Of a stretch of DNA of 64,000 nt, positions 55,056 through 64,000 are shown in pieces. Both the position numbers and the translations under genes were made by a program. Under the pieces are notes generated by a model. That model did no database searches. It saw only the letters and a list, made by a program, of their open reading frames with translations, and was not told where the DNA came from. Positions within the stretch are counted from its first letter, which is position 1, and each line of letters opens with the position of its first letter. This DNA is from Octopus vulgaris (lineage: Eukaryota), in assembly GCA_951406725.2 (NCBI GenBank), contig OX597818.1, forward strand, positions 140,182,001 to 140,246,000. The letters run 5' to 3'.

Positions 55056-55291
55056 AAGGCGGTGACTTGGCAGAAACATTAACACGCCGGGAGAAATGCT
55101 TAGCGGTATTTCGTCTGTCTTTACGTTCTGATTTCAAATTCCGCCGAGGCCAACTTTGCCTTTCATCATTTCGGGGTCGATAAATTAAGTACCAGTTGCG
55201 TACTGGGGTCGATCTAATCGACTGGTCCCCTCATCCTAAATTTCAGGCCTTGTGCCTAAAGTAGAAAAGAATATACATATATATATGTGTG

Positions 55292-55337
<46 letters not shown>

Positions 55338-55548
55338 CGAACTGGCAGAATCGTTAGCACACCAGGCAAAATGACTTGCAGCATTTCGTCTGTTTTTACG
55401 ATCTGAGTTCACTTTCCGACGAGGTCCACTTTGCCTTTCATCATTTTGGAGTTCATGAAGTATATAACAGCTGATCGTTAGGGTCAATGTAATTGATTTA
55501 GCAACCCCACGAAATCGCTAGCCTTGTGCCAGCATTTAAAATCAATAT
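55056..55548 (+). mobile_element. Two family-A SINEs (alternative tail)
   Basis: 55056-55272 and 55333-55548, separated by (GA)n. Confidence 0.85.
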
Positions 55549-55626
55549 TGTGTGTGTGAATATATATTTATATATTTATGTTTTCACACGTATGCCTCGT
55601 ATATATGCATAACTCTCTCTATACAT

Positions 55627-55658
<32 letters not shown>

Positions 55659-56246
55659 GCACACATGTATAAGCGTGTGACTGTGACTGTGTGTGTATGT
55701 GCATATGTATGTATGTATGTATGTATATATGTATGTATATATGCATGAAGGTATGTATGTATGTATGCATTATGCGTATGATGCATTGTGACATCAAATT
55801 GCACTAATAGACACCTTCGCAATTCTAATCAGTATTTCATTAGTAGTGTATATCCCGCTGGCTTAAGAGGAGATGCTTGCAATGAGATTCTGCTTGCATG
55901 CAGCACCGGCGTATTTCCGAATCGGCTTGAGGACGGTAGTAAGCATATATTTCAAAGACGTCTTATAGGTTAATAATGAATTGGATTGGACAATGTCCAA
56001 TGGTGAGAGGCAAGATTCGATAAGCACACAATGATACTATAGGCAAGTATGACGAACAAAGCATTAGCAAAGACTTAAAAATCGCAACAGAAATGCATAC
56101 ATAACGCGTAGTTGAACACGCAAACACACGTGCACACAAACAAGCACACAATGGTATATACATATACATGTATGTGTGTGTGTGCATATATATATATGCA
56201 TGTGTGTACATATATATATATGTATATATATACACATTTATATGTA

Positions 56247-56297
<51 letters not shown>

Positions 56298-56460
56298 CCA
56301 CTCACATACACACACATTTATGTACAAATGCATATGTATACACGTATGTACAGATTCATACGCAGGTAATATACAACTGTACACACAAATAAATAAATAA
56401 ACATAAATTTATGAATATATATGAACCTATGTACCGATATTTATCTATTTACCTCTCTCC

Positions 56461-56530
<70 letters not shown>

Positions 56531-56534
<4 letters not shown>

Positions 56535-56817
56535 AGGCGCAATGGCCCAGTGGTTAGGGCAGCGGACTCGCGGTCGTTGGATCGCAGTTTCGATTCCCAG
56601 ACCGGGCGTTGAGTGAAAACACCTAAAGCTCCACGAGGCTCTGGTAGGGGGTGGTTGTGATCCCCGCTGTAATTTTTCGCCACAGCTTTCTCTCTTTCTT
56701 CTGTTGGCCTGCTCGCTTAGCCAGCGAGGTGGCGTCATTAGAAGGCTAAAACAATGTGAAGCGCATTGTGACCAGCGATGTGTAGCAACATCTGATAGCC
56801 TGGTCGATCACGGTGAT
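56531..56817 (+). mobile_element. SINE family B, tail type 1
   Basis: Match to 5594-5893. Confidence 0.9.
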
Positions 56818-57373
56818 ATATATAATATATATCATGATTTAAAATATGTATTGAAACCATTGTTGGTTATGCTTTCACCTTTAGAGTGTTCCGTGTTTTT
56901 TGATGAACAAATTTTCTTTATTTACAGGTTCTTGTACAGAAATTGTAGCTTTGCTCTGGTAGATGGGATAAACTGTGAAGTTTGGTTTGAGATAACCTGC
57001 ACCTCACGCTAAAGGTATCTGCATGTATTTCGGAAGCTGGATCTCTTCCTTATGTAGTGTGGTACTCCGTCTCTCACTACGTGGGGATAATCGAAATTTC
57101 CTTCCTTCCATTTTGTTATAAATATATAGATATATAAATGTTTAGAGTTAATTTAAACCTTCTTTCCGTCTACAATATCTACCCACAAGACACTTGCTCA
57201 ATGTGCCACGCAGTGGGACTGAATCCGAAACCAGATGGTTGGGAAGCAAGATTCTTACCACACAGCTGCGCCTGTGTATATATTCATACACACATACATA
57301 CATAGACATATATATGTGCATGCGTGTGTATACATCCGTCTATCTATATTTATGCATATATGTACATACTTTT

Positions 57374-57404
<31 letters not shown>

Positions 57405-57413
57405 CACATAAAT

Positions 57414-57470
<57 letters not shown>

Positions 57471-57472
57471 TA

Positions 57473-57820
57473 CATGGGTACAGGACGTTACAAAACGTAA
57501 ACATAATGATGCACGAAAACAACATGAAATACGAAGGCAAATATGGGTATGTGAACGACGAGAGAAACAAATGGAAAACAAAGACATGTAACGTAGTGAA
57601 CAACACTTCATCAGTTGTCGGCTGTTCATCTACTCCACATTTCGAGTAACTAACGTCATTAATAGCTCGGAATGTGGAGTAGATGAACAACCGACAACTG
57701 ATGAAGGGTCGTTCTTTATATTACTTGTTTTGCTTTCTATCTGTTTCTCTCGCTGTTCGCATACCCATATTTGCCTTTGTATTTCCTTATGTTAACGTTT
57801 TCTGACGTCCTGTACCTATA
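57473..57820. repeat. ~350-bp fold-back element (inverted arms ~160 bp)
   Basis: GGTACAGGACGT..CTTCATCAGTTGTCGG.TGTTCATCTACTCCACATT.CGAG / CTCG.AATGTGGAGTAGATGAACA.CCGACAACTGATGAAG..ACGTCCTGTACC; within TA-rich flanks. Confidence 0.88.
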
Positions 57821-57890
57821 TATGAGTATTTGTGTGTATATATATATATATATACACACAGTATATATATATATATATACACACAGGAGG

Positions 57891-57925
57891 GTTCAACGTT
57901 TCGAGCGGGGCTCTTCGTCGGAAAC
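57891..57925 (-). ncRNA. Minimal HHR-like motif (U4C)
   Basis: Reverse complement GTTT-CCGACGA-A-GAGC CCC GCTC-GAAA-CG-TT-GAAC within an ~80-bp insert between TA tracts. Confidence 0.55.
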
Positions 57926-57966
57926 ATAGGTGAAGGAAATATCCAGAGAAGGGAAGACAGAGGAAA

Positions 57967-57998
<32 letters not shown>

Positions 57999-58085
57999 TT
58001 AGGTATATACATGTATATATGTATATATGCATATTTTTATTTTTTATTTATATTATTATATGATTGAACTCTACGCATCCATCTC

Positions 58086-58132
<47 letters not shown>

Positions 58133-58814
58133 CACACCTTACATGCCCATATATATGACACCTCAGCATGGCCACAAATTTTAGGTTGGAGCGCATAATC
58201 AAAAATGTACTTATTTATGCATATGTGTGTAACAAATATATATTATATACTTACACATACACACATACATGCATAAACACATACATAAATGTGTATGAGT
58301 GTGCGCGTGTTTGTGTGTATGTGCGTGTGTGTGTATGTGCGTGTGTGTTTGTGTGTGTGTGTTTGTGAACACATACGTACTCATGCAACGAGAGGAAGAA
58401 CGATTGCGAGACGATGGTGTTCTGTTTTTATGGCATCGATTATACAGCTCATAATAACTCGACAGTTGGATATATGCCATGCGTATATGGATATATCATC
58501 ATCTGGATGAAACTTAGAAATTCACGCACATCTGCAACCGATGTTCACTTTCACAAGAACTGATGTACAAAGAACAACCAGCTGTTTTTATATGATGTCA
58601 CTATAAATACTTTCATCCATTCCTTTATACATGCATGCATGCAAATACATGCATACACACACACGCACACACCTATGCATGTGCATACATATGTATGTGT
58701 ATGTATGTATGTATGTATGTGCCTATGTAAGTATGCATGTAAGTATGCATGTATGTATATATATATGTATATATATATATGTATATATATATTTATATAT
58801 ATATGTATATATAT

Positions 58815-58879
<65 letters not shown>

Positions 58880-59058
58880 ATATGCCTGTATATTTATATA
58901 TATATTTGTATATTACATATATTACAGATATGTTTGCATGACATTTATATTATACATACATTTATATTATATTATATTATATTATATTATATATATATGC
59001 CTAAATCCATACACACGCATACACACACACATATACATATATATACATATACACACAT

Positions 59059-59090
<32 letters not shown>

Positions 59091-59232
59091 GTATATATAT
59101 GCATATAGATGTACATGGCTCACACTTCGTCAATTACAACGACGAGTGTTCCAGTTGGTGTGGTGGTGAAATTTACATGCAAATGGCTGAATAGTCCACT
59201 CCTCTCTCTCTTTCTTCTTCTTCTCTCTCTCC

Positions 59233-59285
<53 letters not shown>

Positions 59286-59389
59286 ACATACATACACATC
59301 TATGTACGTATATTTTATATGGGTATATCTAGAGCAAGATAGATAAATAGACATTCCTGTATATATGTACATATATATGTACATATATA

Positions 59390-59464
<75 letters not shown>

Positions 59465-59676
59465 GTATATATGTATATATATATATATATATATGCATGT
59501 ATAATTCAGGGAGTGACGTAAAGCTGTAATAATATATTAAGTGCACTTTATGTACGTGGGTATATTTAAAATTTTATTGTATTACATGAGGGAATGGGCT
59601 AAATCTGTCAAATGGGTTGCTTTTTTAAAAAACTCTTACTCGCCTCTTTAATTGATAAATTACTATAATTCAGTGA

Positions 59677-60526
59677 AAGGCGGCGAGCTTGCAGTATTGC
59701 AGTATTTCGTTTCACACTTAGCGGTATTTCGTCTGTCTTAACGCTGTGAGTTCAAATTCTGCCGAGGTCGACTTTGGCTTTCATCATTTCGGAGTCGATT
59801 AATTAACTACCATTTCGGGGTCGATAAATTAAGTACCAGTTCCGTACTGGTGTCCATTTACTCGACTGGCCCCCTTCCCCAAAATTTCGAGGCCTGTGCC
59901 TAGAGCGGAAAAGCATATTTCTTTCAATGAAATCAGTGAGGTGACAGAATTGTGAGCACGTTGTGCGAAATTGTAGCATTTCGCCCGTTTTCACATTCTG
60001 AGTTCGAATTCCATCAAGGTTGACTTTGCCTTTCATCCTTTCGAGATCGATAAAATAAGTACCAGTTAAGCACTGGAGTCGATGTAATCAACTTACACCC
60101 ACATGCGAAATTGCTGGCCGTAAGCTAAATTTTTAATCAATATTTCTTTCAAAAAAGGTGGAGAACTGGCAAAATATTTAGCCCGCCGGGCGTAATACTA
60201 AGCAGCATTTTATCCGCCTGTACGATAGGAATTCATATTCTGCCGAAGTTGGCTTTACTTTTCACTCCTTCCGGATCAATAAAGTAAGTACCATATGTAA
60301 CCTATTTCTTTACTACCCACAAGGGCCTAGACACAGACAGGACAAACAAGGACAGACAAACGGATTAAGTCAATTATATCGACCCCAGTGCGTAACTGGT
60401 ACTTAATTTATCGACCCCAAAAGGATGAAAGGCAAAGTCGACCTCAGAACTCAGAACGTAACGGCAGACGAAATAACGCTAGACATTTCGCCCGGCGTGC
60501 TAACGATTCTGCCAGCTCGTCGCCTT
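59677..60526. mobile_element. Cluster of four family-A SINEs (three +, last -)
   Basis: Heads near 59677, 59935 and 60155 (+); 60301-60526 (-). Confidence 0.85.
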
Positions 60527-61409
60527 TTGTACCAGATGTAACCGTCTTACCCCGCTCCGAACTTGCAAGCATGATGCCAAAATTTAAAATGAATTTCTCT
60601 TTCGATGGCTTTGATAGTAACCATGATATTTCTATAACATATCTCCTACTTTGTGACAAATGAAGCAATTGAATAAATCTGATATTTAACGTCGTTGTAC
60701 AGCTTGTGTATGGTACTACTAATATAAAATGTCCACATTATAACAAATTGCAAGGTATAATACGAAGGCATGTAATCATATCTCCACATTGTTGATACGG
60801 AAGTTATCTAATGTGCAGACATTGTTGGAGTATGTAAGCCGATTCTTAAACATGTATTTCCTCACAGCAAGTCTACTGCATGTAAGTTTTACCCCCAGCC
60901 TCTCCCTACCGATAACCCGATGACTCTTAGCAACGGTTCTGTTAGTTAAGTATCACAGTTAAGTGTAGCATTGCAGTCAATGCTGTGAATATTCATTTAC
61001 TTCACATTACCAATGCAACGTTTTGAATAGGATGCCTCTTATCCTTTCTCAAGTAGGATATGTTAGGACTCCATTGTGCTAGCTCTTCTATCAGCTCTGT
61101 CTTTGTATCTGTTGTGTATATTTAATATTTCATTTCGTATGTAGTTTATGCCTGCTAAATTTTATTCACAAAGTATTAATCATCACGAGGCTATGTTAGA
61201 AAATATTTGGGTAAGACGGTGCGTAACGCCATTTACCCCTGAACCGTGTGGTTGCGAAACATGATTCTTGTTATTCTGTGTGGTCTTATTTTTCAAATGT
61301 TGTGTACTAGTTAAAATATGTATTAGATTATATTGTTATAATTGATTCAAAACTTTTTTCCATGTTTTTGAATGTAATGGCTAACAACAAGCGCATATTA
61401 ACTGAAAAG

Positions 61410-61796
61410 AGTGGAGGCGCAATGGCCCAGTGGTTAGGGCAGCAGACTCGTGGTCATAGGATCGCGGTTTCGATTCCCAGACCAAGCGCTGTGAGTGTTT
61501 ATTGAGCGAAAACACCTAAAGATCCACGAGGCTCCGGCAGGGGATGGTGGTGATCCCTGCTGTACTCTTTCACCACAACTTTCTCTTACTTCCTGTTTCT
61601 GTTGTACCTGTATTTCAAAGGGCCGGCCTTGTCACTCTCTGTGTCACGCTGAATATCCCCGAGAACTACGTTAAGGGTACACGTGTCTGTGGAGTGCTCA
61701 GCCACTTACACGTTAATTTCACGAGCAGGCTGTTCCGTTGATTCGGATCAACCGGAACCCTCGTCGTCGTAACCGACGGAGTGTTTCAATCCATCC
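61410..61796 (+). mobile_element. SINE family B, tail type 2
   Basis: 13-bp TSD ATTAACTGAAAAG at 61397-61409 and 61797-61809. Confidence 0.93.
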
Positions 61797-63320
61797 ATTA
61801 ACTGAAAAGGGTTTACTTAAGAGTGAAATTATACTGAAGTGAAATTGTACTGAACTTATGAGAGTCATTCAGTTTTGGAGATGATAGTTACTTCTTCAAA
61901 CACTGATAAATGACAAAATTGAGAATATCTCATGAGAATTATAAGAAAGGCGAAAATAATAAGAAAGGAAGAAATGCTAAAATACATTAGGCCTTCAAAA
62001 AATCAGATAAATAGCTTTACAAGTCTATATGTTCTGGGTATAGTGATAACATTGACGTAAACACTTAAATGAAAAATCGATTAAAATAATTCTCCGGTGT
62101 GAAAATCTATTTTCTAAAATTCATTCCAAATTCAGCTTTTGATTTCGGTTACTGAATATTAGCCTAGTTCCATTATTTTTCTATATCAAAGAAATGATAC
62201 ACTGTTATTAAATCAATAAAAGTCGGCTAAAACGTATAAATAGCTTTAATATAAAGCTATTAAAGTATTTATACTTATACCAGAGATTAAATACATTAAT
62301 CAGTACATTATGTTTAAAGTCAGTCATATGCCCTATATCTTACACGATACTATTTTAAATGTCTTAAATGTTTTCAAATGAGAGGCACAACACTATAATG
62401 AATCATTTAGGAAGAGTGCTTTTAAACAAATTAAGAACTTATACAGTATATTTACATATAATACACCAAAACAAAACAAAAAAAAGAAATAAAAGGCGTA
62501 GCAGAATTTCGTTTGGTTTCATCAATATTGGTATATCCTATCAGGTGACTCAAATAAGCGTAATAAGTTTGTTTGCCGTACAGTCATAGGACATCTGTAA
62601 AATATTTCTGATAGATATGCAATTAGCACATATTAGCCAGAAGTAAATTTATTATAGAAACCTTTTGAAGTATAGTACACAGTAAATGCAAGCATGTGTA
62701 AAAGAAATCACACGTACAAATGAATATAATAGTTATTATTTGTACACAGACTATATGTTATGTATTTATGTATATAGGTATAAGTAACCCTGAGTATCAG
62801 TGGCTGAATAAGTAACAATAGACATGTAATTTTGTGTTATCTATGTTAGTAGGTATAATCTTCTATAAATGTATGAATGTATCTACTATAAGAATACTCT
62901 TGTGTTTTTCACCGTCACAACATATGAATGAGAAAGGAAGGGGAGTTAGATGAATGAGGAAGGAAGGGATGATAGCAAAGTGGTATTGGGATGATGGAAA
63001 TACTACGGTGAATAAAAAAAATCAAACAGCATTTCAACTCAATGTGAGTATATGTGTGTGTATGTAAAAGGGAGGTATATGAATGTTTGTGTGTGTGTGT
63101 GTGTGTGTGTGTACAATGAAAATTGGGATGGTGAACATTCAACACTGAAAAGAAAAATCAAAGAGTGTTTCAACTCTGTGTGAGTATATGTGTATATGTG
63201 TGTGCGTGTGCAAGGGAAGTATGTGAATGTTTGTATGTGTGATTTTTATGTACCTTATTTTATACCTTACCTAAATATATATATATATATATATAGGGGG
63301 TGCGTGTGTATTTGTATATA

Positions 63321-63371
<51 letters not shown>

Positions 63372-63446
63372 TAGTGTTTCTTTTGTTCTTTTGCCAAACA
63401 AGCGAACGTACTATATTATTGTGCATGTGTGTGTATGTTTTTTGTA

Positions 63447-63478
<32 letters not shown>

Positions 63479-63497
63479 TGTGTGTGTGTGTGTGTGT

Positions 63498-63695
63498 CTA
63501 TCTGTTTGTGATTTTACAACAACATCGCTTGACAACTAATGTTGGTGTATCTGCGCACCAGTAAGCTAGCGGTTTGGCAAAAGACACAGGTAGGATAAGT
63601 ACTAGATTCACATAGAATAAATCTTTTGATCGATTTGCTCGACAAAAGGCGGTGCTTCAGCATGGCCACAGTCACATGACTGAAACAAGTAATAC
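63498..63695 (+). mobile_element. SINE family C, 3' half
   Basis: GCTTGACAACT..GATAAGTACTAG..GGCGGTGCTTCAGCATGGCCACAG..CTGAAACAAGT. Confidence 0.85.
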
Positions 63696-63719
63696 AATGA
63701 AAAACCATGCCATTTTAAT

Positions 63720-63748
63720 CCCGAGCAAGGTCGGGTATCTCTGCTAGT
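63720..63748 (+). mobile_element. Helitron-like 3' terminus
   Basis: GC hairpin CCCGA gcaagg TCGGG followed 8 nt later by CTAG|T. Confidence 0.55.
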
Positions 63749-63892
63749 TTATGTATAAAATATTACAAATAGCCGTTATTTTTGAGGGCACGAGGCCAGC
63801 TAGAGTACGTATAATACTGTCTGTTTATCTGTCTATATGTATGTGTGTAGCAATATGCATACGTATACATGTCTGAGTATACATATAAAAAT

Positions 63893-64000
63893 ATTTTATA
63901 TCAACCCAAAACTAAGAAAGACAAAATCGACCTCGGCCAAATTTGAACTCAGAACGTAAAGACATGAATTGCCGCTAAACATTTTACTCGGCGTGCTAAA
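63893..64000 (-). mobile_element. SINE family A, partial (runs off window)
   Basis: TCGACCTCGG..ATTTGAACTCAGAACGT..CGGCGTGCTAA. Confidence 0.8.

Overview
Eukaryotic, very AT-rich, repeat-saturated intronic/intergenic DNA with no intact protein-coding gene. Almost all listed ORFs are translations of (TA)n, (CA)n, (AAT)n or (ACT/GCT)n microsatellites. The repeat complement suggests an octopus/coleoid cephalopod genome (inference). The window contains five tRNA-headed SINE types, two inverted decayed CR1-type LINE copies, an RTE 3' fragment, two mariner relics, a Merlin relic, a Helitron-like 3' end and Penelope-like (PLE) relics, including a Naiad-type GIY-YIG remnant. The most striking unannotated signal is about 14 type I hammerhead-ribozyme (HHR)-like motifs (CUGANGA..stem II..GAAA..palindromic stem III..UH), many with core substitutions. 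They sit in several short non-coding elements embedded in (TA)n tracts. A hotspot at about 53.0-54.95 kb holds five motifs, among them a rod-like fold-back with an HHR at its tip and a retrozyme-like unit with terminal direct repeats. Also seen: a tRNA-headed SINE ending in HHR-like motifs, a LINE 3' tail shared by two SINE types, modular SINE head/tail swapping and a few isolated candidate exons. All calls are by eye; no database search or folding computation was run, and boundaries of degenerate elements are approximate.
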